A stretch of 64,000 nucleotides of DNA, from assembly GCA_964291235.2 (NCBI GenBank), contig OZ219816.1:768001-832000 (forward strand). The letters are read 5' to 3'. Below are positions 36,731 to 46,547 of this stretch, one piece after another. Numbering within the stretch: position 1 is the stretch's first letter; every line of letters begins with the position of its first letter. The DNA is from Vicinamibacteria bacterium (GTDB lineage: Bacteria; Acidobacteriota; Vicinamibacteria; Marinacidobacterales; Marinacidobacteraceae). The notes beneath the pieces are model-generated. The model did no database searches. It was not told where the DNA came from and saw only the letters and a list, made by a program, of their open reading frames with translations. The translations under genes were made by a program, and so were the position numbers.

Positions 36731-39700
36731 TCACCGTAAGGAGTGCCGTCCGCCGGCGGCAAGGCTGTATAGGGCCGGGACGATGAGAAGCGTCACGAAC
36801 GTGGCGAAGGCGACCCCGAAGGCGAGCGAGGCGGCCATCGGAATGAGGAACTGCGCCTGGATGCTGCGTTCGGCCATCAGCGGCGCGAGCCCGGCGAAGG
36901 TAGTCACCGAGGTAAGAATGATGGGGCGGAAGCGAAGGGGTCCCGCGGCGAGCAATGCCTCCCGGGTGGACGCCCCGTCGCGGCGGGCCCGATTGACGAA
37001 GTGGAGCAGGACCAGGGCGTCGTTCACCACGATCCCCACGAGTGGGACCATGCCGAGGAAACTCGGCATGGAGAGTTCGACCCCCATGATGACGTGGCCA
37101 AAGATGGCGCCCGCGAGACCGAACGGCACCGCGGCCATGATGACGAACGGCTGGATCCAGGAGGAAAGCGGAACGGCAAGCAGGACATAAATCAGGATCA
37201 GGGCGAACAGCAGGTGCCGCCTGAGGGCCTCCAGGGTTTCGGCCTGGTCCCCGGCAAGGCCGACAACTTCGAACCGGAGGTCGGGGAACCCCTCCTGAAG
37301 TTGCGAGAGCCCTCGACTGCGGAGATCGCTCAACAGGGCTCCTGCGGAGGCGACGGCCGGGTCTACGTTGGCGTGGACGGTGACCGCCCGTCGGCCGTCC
37401 ACTCGGTGGATCAGGGCCAGCCTCTCGGTTCGGACGACCTCCGCGACCCCGCCGATGGGCGCCGCCACCCCATCCGCCCGCCGCACCCGCATTTCCGTCA
37501 CGCTCTCCGGGCGGGTCCGCTCGCTCGCCGGGTATCGCAGCAGAATCCGGATCTCGTCGCGACCCCGCTGGATTCGCTGGACCTCTTCCCCGTAGAAGGC
37601 CTGGCGGAGTTGCTTTCCGAACTCGGCCGCGCCGATGCCGATGCCGGCGCCCTCGGAGCGGACTCGCGCGACCAGTTCCGGGGCGCTCCCTTCAAGGTCG
37701 TCAGTAACCGCAATGACCCCCCGGTATTCGTCGAACAGCGCCCGGAGCGCCGCCGACCCGTCCCGGAGGCTCGCCATCGTGCTCCCGCTGACCCGAACCG
37801 AGATGTCCGCCCCCTCTCCCAGGAACGAGGTCACGACCGCGACCTCCGCGCCGTGCGGCAGCGAACTGGCAAGGGCGCGCAGCCGGTCGCCAATCTCGCG
37901 GGTCGTGAAGCCGGTCCGCCGCTCGGGGGGGATGAGTTCCAGCACCACCTGGCCGATCGTCGTCCCGGCGCCGCTCCCCGACCCTCCGAAGACGCCGCCG
38001 CTCGGATCGGCGGCCAGCCGCTGCCCCACGATGGCCGCCAGATTCTGCTGCGGGTCCACACCGTACTCCTCGCGTATCTGTTCGCGAATCCGGGCAACGG
38101 CGGCTTCGAGTTCCGCGACCGCTTCCGCCGTGGCGCCGGCCGGGGAACCCGGCGGCAGCGAAACCTGGGCGGTCACCAGATCGCTGTCGAACGGAGGGGT
38201 CGGCTCCACCGGCACCCAACCCCCAGCCACCAGACCGCCCGCCAGGGAGAGGGCCCCGATCCCCAGCGCGACCGTCGCCAGCCGGTTGCGCAGTGACCAG
38301 GCGAGGGCGGGGCGGTAGCAGGTGTCCCGGGCCCAGGCGAGCGCGCTCTGAAGTGCCGTCCGGAGGCGCGCCAGGCGGGGGTTGCCCCGGACCGCGAGTC
38401 CGCCGTGGGCGAGGTGGTGGGGCAGGATCCAGGCTGCTTCCAGGAGCGAGAAAGCGAGCACCGGAATCACGATGCGGGGGAGCGTCCCCATGAGTTCGCC
38501 CCAGATTCCCGGCAAGCCCAGGAGCGGTGCGAACGCCGCCATGGTGGTCAGGACGCCGAAGGCCGCCGGAAAGAGCACCTGCCGTACTCCCTGGACGGCA
38601 GCCTCCTCGGCGTCCGCATTCCCCGTGGAGGCATGGCGTTCGACGTTTTCTCCGACGATGATGGCGTCGTCCACGACGATCCCCAGGGTCAGGATGAACC
38701 CGAAGAGACTGATCATGTTGACCGTGACCCCGAGCCCCGGCATCATCAGGAACGCGCCGAAGAACGCCACCGGAAGCCCGGCGGCGGTCCAGACGGCGAG
38801 CCGGCTCGACAGGGTGAAAAAGAGGACGAGGAAAATCAGCGCCAGCCCCTGAAGCCCGTTCCGGACCAGCACGTCCATCCGACTCTCGAAGAGTTGCCAG
38901 GCGTCGAACCAGGTACGGACCGAGAGTCCTTCCGGCAGGGCGCTCTCGACGGCGCGGATCTCGGCATGGACCGCGTTCGCGGTGTCGAGGAGGCGCGCGC
39001 CGGGAGCCAGCATCACCTCCATCAGCACCGCGGGCTCCCCGTTCATCCGCGCCGCCCGCTCCACATCGGCGAAACCGTCGGTTACGGCCGCAATGTCCCC
39101 AACTGTGACCACGCCGCCGCCGGGCGATGCGATCAGCGCAATGCCGGCGAAGTCCTCGGCGGTCAACGCCTCCGCCTGGGTGCTCACCCGCAGCTCTCCG
39201 CTGGCCGCGCGGATTGCGCCACCCGGGACGTCGGCCGAGCCGCGGCGGATGGCGGCGGCGACCTGGTCGAAGGTGAGCCCGAAGCGGGTGAGGACTTCCT
39301 CCGGGATCTCTATGGAGATCTCGTAGTCCCGCCCCGTGACGATCTCGACCCTCGCCACTCCGGTGACGGGGGCGAGCGCGTCCCGGACGCGGTGGGCGGC
39401 CTCGGTAAGCGTGCGCTCATCCGCTTCGCCGTGCACCGCAATCCGGAGCAGGAAGCGGTTCGGGACCACCTCCGAGATCACCGGTTCCTCGGCGTCCTCG
39501 GGGAGCGTGGTCGAAGACTCCACCCGCTCCCGAACCTCGTCGCTCACGCTCCGGAAGTCGGCCCATCGCTCCACCTCGATCGTGAGGACCCCGAGTCCCT
39601 CGGCCGCCACCCCGGCGACCTCCTTGATCCCCGAGATGTCGCGGAGGGCCTCCTCCAGACCGAGGAGAACACCCTCCTCGACGACTTCCGCCCCCGCGCC

Positions 39701-39895
39701 CGGGAAAACGGTCCTCACGGTCAGGGCCGAGGATTGCGTCTCGGGGATCATCTCCTGCGGAATCCCGGAGGCAACGAGGAGGCCGCCCAGCGAAATTCCG
39801 AACAGCAGGAGATTCGCTGCCACCCGGTTTCTGACGAACCAGGAAATCACGCCCGCGAGCGAGCGCGTTCCCACGGACGACGAAGGCGTTTCCAC
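36731..39895 (-). CDS. RND efflux permease (AcrB family), paralog 1
   Basis: WFVRNRVAANLL, GIVVDDAIIVGEN, GIVVNDAL and RFRPIILT. GTG 39895 has GAGGG upstream. Confidence 0.93.
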   Translation of the reverse strand: METPSSSVGTRSLAGVISWFVRNRVAANLLLFGISLGGLLVASGIPQEMIPETQSSALTVRTVFPGAGAEVVEEGVLLGLEEALRDISGIKEVAGVAAEGLGVLTIEVERWADFRSVSDEVRERVESSTTLPEDAEEPVISEVVPNRFLLRIAVHGEADERTLTEAAHRVRDALAPVTGVARVEIVTGRDYEISIEIPEEVLTRFGLTFDQVAAAIRRGSADVPGGAIRAASGELRVSTQAEALTAEDFAGIALIASPGGGVVTVGDIAAVTDGFADVERAARMNGEPAVLMEVMLAPGARLLDTANAVHAEIRAVESALPEGLSVRTWFDAWQLFESRMDVLVRNGLQGLALIFLVLFFTLSSRLAVWTAAGLPVAFFGAFLMMPGLGVTVNMISLFGFILTLGIVVDDAIIVGENVERHASTGNADAEEAAVQGVRQVLFPAAFGVLTTMAAFAPLLGLPGIWGELMGTLPRIVIPVLAFSLLEAAWILPHHLAHGGLAVRGNPRLARLRTALQSALAWARDTCYRPALAWSLRNRLATVALGIGALSLAGGLVAGGWVPVEPTPPFDSDLVTAQVSLPPGSPAGATAEAVAELEAAVARIREQIREEYGVDPQQNLAAIVGQRLAADPSGGVFGGSGSGAGTTIGQVVLELIPPERRTGFTTREIGDRLRALASSLPHGAEVAVVTSFLGEGADISVRVSGSTMASLRDGSAALRALFDEYRGVIAVTDDLEGSAPELVARVRSEGAGIGIGAAEFGKQLRQAFYGEEVQRIQRGRDEIRILLRYPASERTRPESVTEMRVRRADGVAAPIGGVAEVVRTERLALIHRVDGRRAVTVHANVDPAVASAGALLSDLRSRGLSQLQEGFPDLRFEVVGLAGDQAETLEALRRHLLFALILIYVLLAVPLSSWIQPFVIMAAVPFGLAGAIFGHVIMGVELSMPSFLGMVPLVGIVVNDALVLLHFVNRARRDGASTREALLAAGPLRFRPIILTSVTTFAGLAPLMAERSIQAQFLIPMAASLAFGVAFATFVTLLIVPALYSLAAGGRHSLR

Positions 39896-39947
39896 TGGGG
39901 TTCCCTCGAACCTGAGGTGGTCCGACTGCTGGCGAATCTCCCGGACC

Positions 39948-40215
39948 GACCGCGCCAACTGTATACCTGACGCATTCCGGCGTATGCCTTGGCCATGGCC
40001 GGACCGGGGCGGGAACGGGCGCTGACTCCTGCCCCAGCAACGGGGATCCGTCGTCAGCCAGGCGTTAGAGACCGGGAGCGATGAGCAGGGTCACCAGGGT
40101 GGCGATGGCGAGCGACCTGGGCGAAGCACCCCCGGGGCGCGCATTTCCGCGTCGTGGGAAAGGTCCGGCTCGGCGTGGGTGATATCCGTGACGTGGTGTA
40201 ACAACCAGCCGTTTT
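39948..40215 (-). repeat. Duplicated upstream block, copy B
   Basis: Homologous to 36228-36490. The minus strand reads AIATLVTLLIAPGL*, compared with the RND C-terminus AFATLVTLLIVPAL. Confidence 0.75.
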
Positions 40216-40348
40216 CAAGGGCTCTTCGATATCTCATGAGTGGCACCAGTCATTCAGTAAAGGCACAATAGAGAGATATCTGCAATGAAAATCCTGGAAT
40301 TGGAACCAATTCATGACACGCCCGCGATTTCCTGAGAGTGGCGAGTGG

Positions 40349-41713
40349 ATGGAATCCAGCAGAATCGTCATCATCGGAGGCGGTCTCGCCGGGCTGAGCG
40401 CCGCCTACACCCTGAGAAAGCGCGGCCTGCGTCCCGTGCTGCTCGAGGCGGGCGACCGGGTGGGCGGACGCGCGCTCGGCGACCGGGTGGACGGCTTTGC
40501 GCTGGATGCGGGTGCGGACTTCTTCTGCTCGTCCTACGACGTCGCGTTTCGCATCTGCAAGGAACTGGAGTTGCCCCTGCTTCGTTCAAAGATGAACCTT
40601 GGCTGGTACAGAAACGGGCGATGGGTGCTGACGAGGCCGCCCGAGTCCATTGCTGCCGTCACCCGGAGTCTCAAGGCGTTCTGGGTGTTGGGCTTCATGT
40701 CGCCCCGCGTAGTCTGGTCGTTCGCAAGGTTGGCCCGGGAGATTCGCCAGCACTCGGACTACCTCAGTTTCGCTGGCGACAGCCGCATCGTCGAGCTTGA
40801 CGGGGAGGAGACTTTCGGCGACTACCTGAACAGGCTGGGAGTGCCCGAGTCCTTGAAGGTGACGCTCCGTGGATTCCTGGAGATGACGATGGGCCGTGTC
40901 GAGCGCTCCGGGGCGGCGTACATGCGGACCTATCTGGCGGAGATGCTGCTGAAGAGCGATCAGCTCTACGTGCCGGAGAAGGGCGCGGGCGCACTCACCC
41001 GCGCCTTGGCCGAGGCATGCGGCGACACCATTCGGGTCTCAACGCCGGTCCGGCGCGTCGTCATCCGGGATGGGCTGGTGACCGGGGTCGTGACGGGTCA
41101 CGGCCTTGTGGAGGCGGACGCGGTCATCTGCGCCATCCCCGCCACCAGGGTCTCGGACATCATTCCCGACCTGCCGGCCGGGGTTCGGACCACGCTCGAC
41201 AGCGTCAGCTATTCGAGCGGTTGCCGCGTGGTGATCGGCCTCGACCACCCGCCGCTTCCCCCGGGATGGCACGGCGCGTTGTACCCCGAGGACGACACCC
41301 CGCTCCTGCTCGACCGGTCCATCAACCTGCCCGCATGCGCGCCGCCCGGCAAGAGTACTCTGGATCTGCTCGTGGGTCGCGGCCGTGCCGAGGAACTGCT
41401 GCCGCTGGACGATGAGGAGATCAAGCGCCGAATGCTCGCCGACGTGCGTCGCAATCCCCCTCCGGGGTCGGCGCTGCCGAGCGACGACGAAGGGCTGTTT
41501 ACTCGCATCTACCGTTGGCCGGAGGCCGTGTGCATGGCACGGCCGGGCATGTTCAGGAAGGTGGCGGACATGCGTCGTCAACTCGGGGGAGAGGTAAGGA
41601 ACCTCTTCCTAGCGGGTGACTACCTGCGGGTACCGTCGGTCAACGGCGCTCTGGCGAGCGGCGTCGGAGCGGCCGGTGAGGCGGCGGACCTGGTGGTGTC
41701 TCAGCGGGCTTAG
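40349..41713 (+). CDS. FAD-dependent oxidoreductase (HemY / amine oxidase / phytoene desaturase superfamily), paralog 1
   Basis: IIGGGLAGLSAAY, LEAGDRVGGR, DAGADFF and LFLAGDY...VNGALASG. Confidence 0.85.
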   Translation: MESSRIVIIGGGLAGLSAAYTLRKRGLRPVLLEAGDRVGGRALGDRVDGFALDAGADFFCSSYDVAFRICKELELPLLRSKMNLGWYRNGRWVLTRPPESIAAVTRSLKAFWVLGFMSPRVVWSFARLAREIRQHSDYLSFAGDSRIVELDGEETFGDYLNRLGVPESLKVTLRGFLEMTMGRVERSGAAYMRTYLAEMLLKSDQLYVPEKGAGALTRALAEACGDTIRVSTPVRRVVIRDGLVTGVVTGHGLVEADAVICAIPATRVSDIIPDLPAGVRTTLDSVSYSSGCRVVIGLDHPPLPPGWHGALYPEDDTPLLLDRSINLPACAPPGKSTLDLLVGRGRAEELLPLDDEEIKRRMLADVRRNPPPGSALPSDDEGLFTRIYRWPEAVCMARPGMFRKVADMRRQLGGEVRNLFLAGDYLRVPSVNGALASGVGAAGEAADLVVSQRA

Positions 41714-41714
41714 G

Positions 41715-41917
41715 CTCAGGAAGGGTTCACGGACAGTTCGGGCTGCGCCGGACGGATGAGATCCCCGCTGTCCCGCGCGGGTGGCGTCGATCGTGAGAAT
41801 GATCGGCCGGAAGCGCCGGGTGGAGTTCGCGGTCCCGGTATCGATCCTCGCGATGACCCACTCTCCCTCGCCTCGGGAAGCGGTGCGAACGCCGACATGC
41901 AGGATGGGTTGACCCAT
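41715..41917 (-). pseudogene. Collapsed RND permease remnant
   Basis: The minus strand reads ...WVIAR...TAN-STRRFRPIILT, which looks like an RND N-terminus (GVIAW...AAN) joined to the C-terminal RRFRPI(I/M)LT motif. Confidence 0.5.
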
Positions 41918-41973
41918 CGGCTTCCTTCCGGTGTACTGGCTTGGTGAACGGTCCGTTGCCTCCGAGAGGGTGG

Positions 41974-43338
41974 GTGGATTCCAGCAGAATCGTCATCATC
42001 GGAGGAGGCCTCGCCGGGCTGAGCGCCGCCTACGCCCTGGGGAAGCGCGGCCTCCGTCCCGTGCTGCTCGAGGCCGGCGACCGGGTGGGCGGACGCGCCC
42101 TCGGCGACCGGGTGGACGGCTTTCGGCTGGATGCGGGTGCGGATTTCTTCTGTTCGTCCTACGATGTCGCCTTTCGGCTATGCGAGGAGTTGGGGGTGTC
42201 CCTCCTGCGCTCGCAGATGAACCTCGGCTGGTACCGAAACGGCCGTTGGGTTGTTACGAAGCCGCTCCAGTCCCTGGGTGCTGCCCTCACGGATCTGCGT
42301 TCCTTTCGGGCGATGGGGGTCTTTTCCCCGCGTTCCGCTTGGGCGCTCCTGAGGCTCGTCGGGGGAATCCACCGACAGGCGAGTTACCTCAACTTCCGGA
42401 GCGACTGCCCCATCGCGGAACTGGACGCGGAGGAGACCTTCGGCGAGTACCTGGAGCGGCTGGGCGCCCCCGAGTCGCTGAAACTGCTCCTCAAGGGGTT
42501 CCTGGAGATGACGATGGGTCGCGTCGAGCGCTCCGGAGCGGCGTACATGCGTACCTACATAGCCGAGATGCTGTTGAAGAACCACCTCATCTACGTGCCG
42601 GAGCGGGGCGCCGGCGCGCTCGCCCACGCCCTGGCCGCGGCATGCGGCGACGCTATTCGGGTCTCAACGCCGGTCGGGCGCGTGGTCATCCGGGACGGGT
42701 TGGTGACCGGGGTAGCGACGGGTCACGGCCTCGTGGAGGCGGACGCGGTCATCTGCGCCGTGCCGGCGACCCGGGTGCCGAACCTCATTCCCGACCTCCC
42801 GGCAGGGATTCGTCACGCGCTCGACAGCGTCAGCTATTCGACTGGTTGCCGCGTGGTGATCGGCCTCGACCACCCGCCGCTTCCCCCCGGATGGCACGGC
42901 GCGCTGTACCCCGAGGACGACACGCCGCTGCTGCTGGACCGCTCCATCAACCTGCCCGCGTGCGTGCCCCCCGGCAAGAGCACTCTGGATCTGCTCGTGG
43001 GTCGCGGCCGCGCCGAGGAACTGCTGCCGCTGGACGATGAGGAGATCAAGCGCCGAATGCTCGCCGACGCGCGTCGCAATCCCCCTCCGGGGTCGGCGCT
43101 GCCGAGCGACGACGAAGGGCTCTTTACCCGCATCTACCGTTGGCGGGAGGCCGTGTGCATGGCCCCGCCGGGCATGTTCCGGGCGATGTCGCAAACGCGC
43201 CGCAGGCTCCGCCGCGAGGTCCCGAACCTCTTCCTGGCGGGCGACTACCTGCGGGTGCCTTCGGTCAACGGCGCCCTCGCCAGCGGCTGCGCGGCGGCCG
43301 GCGAGGCGGCGGATCTGATGCGATCCCAGCCGGCGTAG
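41974..43338 (+). CDS. FAD-dependent oxidoreductase, paralog 2
   Basis: Same motifs as paralog 1, with long near-identical stretches. Confidence 0.85.
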   Translation: MDSSRIVIIGGGLAGLSAAYALGKRGLRPVLLEAGDRVGGRALGDRVDGFRLDAGADFFCSSYDVAFRLCEELGVSLLRSQMNLGWYRNGRWVVTKPLQSLGAALTDLRSFRAMGVFSPRSAWALLRLVGGIHRQASYLNFRSDCPIAELDAEETFGEYLERLGAPESLKLLLKGFLEMTMGRVERSGAAYMRTYIAEMLLKNHLIYVPERGAGALAHALAAACGDAIRVSTPVGRVVIRDGLVTGVATGHGLVEADAVICAVPATRVPNLIPDLPAGIRHALDSVSYSTGCRVVIGLDHPPLPPGWHGALYPEDDTPLLLDRSINLPACVPPGKSTLDLLVGRGRAEELLPLDDEEIKRRMLADARRNPPPGSALPSDDEGLFTRIYRWREAVCMAPPGMFRAMSQTRRRLRREVPNLFLAGDYLRVPSVNGALASGCAAAGEAADLMRSQPA

Positions 43339-43354
43339 GTGGGCTTCGGCTCGT

Positions 43355-46300
43355 TCAGGGGGTCCTGCGGAAGACGCCGAAGGCATCGTCGGCGAGGCTG
43401 CAGAGCGCCGGCACGATCAAGAGAGTGACCAGGGTGGCGAAGGCCACGCCGAAGGCGAGAGAGACGGCCATCGGCACCAGCAGTTGCGCCTGGACACTCT
43501 GCTCCAGCATCAGGGGAGCAACCCCCGCGCAGGTGGTGACCGTCGTGAGCATGATCGGCCGGAAGCGCCGCGGGCCCGCCCGGAGCGCCGCCTCGGTGGC
43601 CGACAGGCCGCGGCGGCGCTCCCGGTTGAAGAAGTCGAGCAACACGAGGGCGTCGTTCACCACGATCCCGACGAGCGGCACCATGCCGAACACGCTCGTC
43701 ATGGACAGGTCCATGCCCAGGAGCGCGTGACCGAAGACGGCGCCCGCCAGGCCGAACGGAACCGCGGCCATGATGACGAACGGCTGGGTCCAGGAGGAAA
43801 GCGGCAGTGCCAACAACATGTAGATGAGCAGCATCGCGAGGAGGGCATTCCGACCGAGCGCCGCGAAGGTCTCTTCCTGCTCCCCCGCCATCCCCACCAC
43901 CTCGAAGAGAAGATCCGGGAAGCGTTCCGAGATCGCGGGAATGGACCGGTCGCGGACCCCGCCCAGCACGGCCGCTGGTGAGGCGAGAGCCGGGTCCACG
44001 CTGGCATGAACCGTGGCCGCCCGCCGTTCGTCCACCCGCTGGATGACCGGCAGGCCGTCCTCGCGGGCGAGTTCCGCGACCTGCTCAAGCGGCGCCCGGC
44101 TGGTATCGGGCCGCCGTACCTGCATCTCCCTGAGGCTGCCCAGGTCCTCGCGGCCCGCCCGTGAATAGCGAAGAAGAATCGGTACCTCGTCCCGTCCGCG
44201 CTGGATCCGCTGGATTTCCTCGCCGTGGAACGCCTGGCGCATCTGCCTGCCGAACTCCGCGGCGCTGATCCCGATCCCGGCGCCCTCCGGGCGGACGCGG
44301 GCAACGAGTTCGGGGGCCGGATCTTCGAGGTCGTCCCATGTGGAGACCACCCCCCGATAGTCGCGCAGCGCCGATTGGAAGGCAGCCGAGGCTTGCCGCA
44401 GTTCGTCCATGTCGGCGCCGCTGATGCGCACCGAGACGTCCGCGTCCTGGCCGAGTATCGAGGTCGACACACTCGCCTCGGCACCGTGCGGGAGGGTACG
44501 GACGGCAGCGCGCAGTTCATCGGCGAACTCTCCGGGCGAAAGCCCTACCTGCTCTTCGGCGGGGATCATCTCCAGCATCAGTTGCCCGATCGCCCCACCG
44601 GAACCGGCGGCCGCTCCTCCGGCGGGTCCGCCGGGCCCGAAGGACAGGGTCTGTCCCGTCAGGACGGCGAGATGGAGTTGCGGGTCCGCGCCGTGGAGTT
44701 CGCGATCCCGGTATCGAATCTCCGCGATGGCCGACTCCACCTCGCCGACCGCTTCCCTGGTCGCCTCGAAAGAAGAGCCCGGCGGAAGGGAAACCCGGGT
44801 GACCACCACATCGCCGTCGATGGGGGGGGCGGGGTTGACGGGAATCCAGCCCCCCTCGACCAGCCCCATCGAAAGGGCGAGGGAGAGGACCCCGAGCGCC
44901 AGGGTTGTCAGCCGGTTTCTCAGAGACCAACCCAGCACCGGCCGATACAGGGTGTCCGCGGTCCATTGGAGCCCCGACTGGATCCGCGCGCGCAGGGCGG
45001 CCACCCGGCGGCTGGGACGGACAGCCAACCCGCCGTGCGCCATATGGTGCGGCAGGATCCAGGCGGCATCCAGCAGCGAGAAGGCGAGCACCGGGATCGC
45101 GACGCGCGGCAGCTGCCCCATGACCTCGCCCCAAAAACCCGGCAGGCCGAGAAGGGGGGCGAAGGCGGCCATCGTGGTCAGGACCCCGAAGGCCGCCGGA
45201 AAGAGCACTTCGCGCACACCTCTGAGGGCCGCGGCTTCCTTGTCCCCCTTCGCCCCCGAGGTATGCCGCTCGATGTTCTCCCCGACGACGATGGCGTCGT
45301 CCACCACGATCCCGAGGGTCATGATGAACCCGAACAGGGTGAACATGTTCACGGTGACGCCCAGTCCGGGCATCATGAGGAAGCCCCCGAAGAATGCCGC
45401 CGGGAGGCCGGCGGCGGTCCAGACCGCGACCCGGCTCGAAAGGGTAAGGAAGAGCAGCAGGAAGATGAGCGTGAGGCCCTGGAGGCCGTTGCGAACCAGG
45501 ACATCCATGCGACTCTCGAAGAGAACGGCGGCGTCCAGCCAGGGAGTCACCTGCAGGCCGCCGGGCAGCGTGATCTCCCGCACCGCCGAACGAACGTCGG
45601 CGGCGGTTTCGACCAGGCGCGCCCCCGTCGCGAGCAGGACGTTCAGGAACACCGCGGGCTCGCCATCCATCCGCGCGATCCGATCGACGTCGGCGAACCC
45701 GTCGGTGACGGTCGCCACGTCCCCGACGGTCACGACGCCGCTTCCCGGAACGGCGATCAGCGGAATCCGGGCGAAGTCCTCGGCGGTCACCGCTTCTGCT
45801 TCCGTCCGGAACCGCACCTCCCCATCTCCCGTGCGGATCGCGCCGCCCGGCAGGTCCGCGGAGCCGCGCCGGAGAGCGGCGGCAACCTGATCGAGCGTCA
45901 GCCCGAATCGGGTCAGTACATCCCCCTCGATCTCGATCGCAACCTCGTATCGCCGACCGCTGACGATCTCCACCCTGGCGACTCCCGGCTCCGCGGAGAG
46001 CACCTCCCGCACCAGGTGCGCCGCTTCCGTCAGACTGCGTTCGTCGGCTTCGCCGTGGACAGCCACCCGGAGCAGCAGCCGCTCGACCGCCACTTCGGAA
46101 ATCACCGGATCTTCGGCGTCCTCCGGCAGGGTCGCGAGAGACTGGACGCGCTCCTTCACCGTGTCGGTGACGCGCTGGAATTCGGCCCAGGACTCCACCT
46201 GGACGGTCAGCAGACCGACGCCCTCGGACGCCATACCCGCGATCTCCTTGACGCCCGACACGTCGCGGAGAGCCTCCTCGAGGCGAAGCAGCACGCTCGC

Positions 46301-46519
46301 CTCGACGACCTCCGCGCTGGCTCCCGGGAAGACCGTGCGGATGGAGATTCCCGAAGTCTCGGTTTCGGGAATCAGCTCCTGCGGTACCCGTCCGACGGTG
46401 AGAAACCCCGCGACCGAGATCCCGAGCAGCAACAGATTCGCTGCCACCCGGTTCCGGACGAACCACGCGATCACCCCCCGCGAGGGTTCGGCCGCCGGGG
46501 TGGACGACGGGGTGTCCAA
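43355..46519 (-). CDS. RND efflux permease (AcrB family), paralog 2
   Basis: GIVVDDAIVVGEN and RRFRPIMLT. Clear paralog of 36731-39895. Confidence 0.93.
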   Translation of the reverse strand: MDTPSSTPAAEPSRGVIAWFVRNRVAANLLLLGISVAGFLTVGRVPQELIPETETSGISIRTVFPGASAEVVEASVLLRLEEALRDVSGVKEIAGMASEGVGLLTVQVESWAEFQRVTDTVKERVQSLATLPEDAEDPVISEVAVERLLLRVAVHGEADERSLTEAAHLVREVLSAEPGVARVEIVSGRRYEVAIEIEGDVLTRFGLTLDQVAAALRRGSADLPGGAIRTGDGEVRFRTEAEAVTAEDFARIPLIAVPGSGVVTVGDVATVTDGFADVDRIARMDGEPAVFLNVLLATGARLVETAADVRSAVREITLPGGLQVTPWLDAAVLFESRMDVLVRNGLQGLTLIFLLLFLTLSSRVAVWTAAGLPAAFFGGFLMMPGLGVTVNMFTLFGFIMTLGIVVDDAIVVGENIERHTSGAKGDKEAAALRGVREVLFPAAFGVLTTMAAFAPLLGLPGFWGEVMGQLPRVAIPVLAFSLLDAAWILPHHMAHGGLAVRPSRRVAALRARIQSGLQWTADTLYRPVLGWSLRNRLTTLALGVLSLALSMGLVEGGWIPVNPAPPIDGDVVVTRVSLPPGSSFEATREAVGEVESAIAEIRYRDRELHGADPQLHLAVLTGQTLSFGPGGPAGGAAAGSGGAIGQLMLEMIPAEEQVGLSPGEFADELRAAVRTLPHGAEASVSTSILGQDADVSVRISGADMDELRQASAAFQSALRDYRGVVSTWDDLEDPAPELVARVRPEGAGIGISAAEFGRQMRQAFHGEEIQRIQRGRDEVPILLRYSRAGREDLGSLREMQVRRPDTSRAPLEQVAELAREDGLPVIQRVDERRAATVHASVDPALASPAAVLGGVRDRSIPAISERFPDLLFEVVGMAGEQEETFAALGRNALLAMLLIYMLLALPLSSWTQPFVIMAAVPFGLAGAVFGHALLGMDLSMTSVFGMVPLVGIVVNDALVLLDFFNRERRRGLSATEAALRAGPRRFRPIMLTTVTTCAGVAPLMLEQSVQAQLLVPMAVSLAFGVAFATLVTLLIVPALCSLADDAFGVFRRTP

Positions 46520-46547
46520 GACGTGAACCCGGCCCCGACCTAGCGGC

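Noticed and set aside
28730-46543. Long antisense ORFs (28730-30778, 38405-39970, 44225-46543 and similar)
   Set aside because: They mirror well-supported genes on the other strand, as expected in high-GC DNA, and have no motifs.
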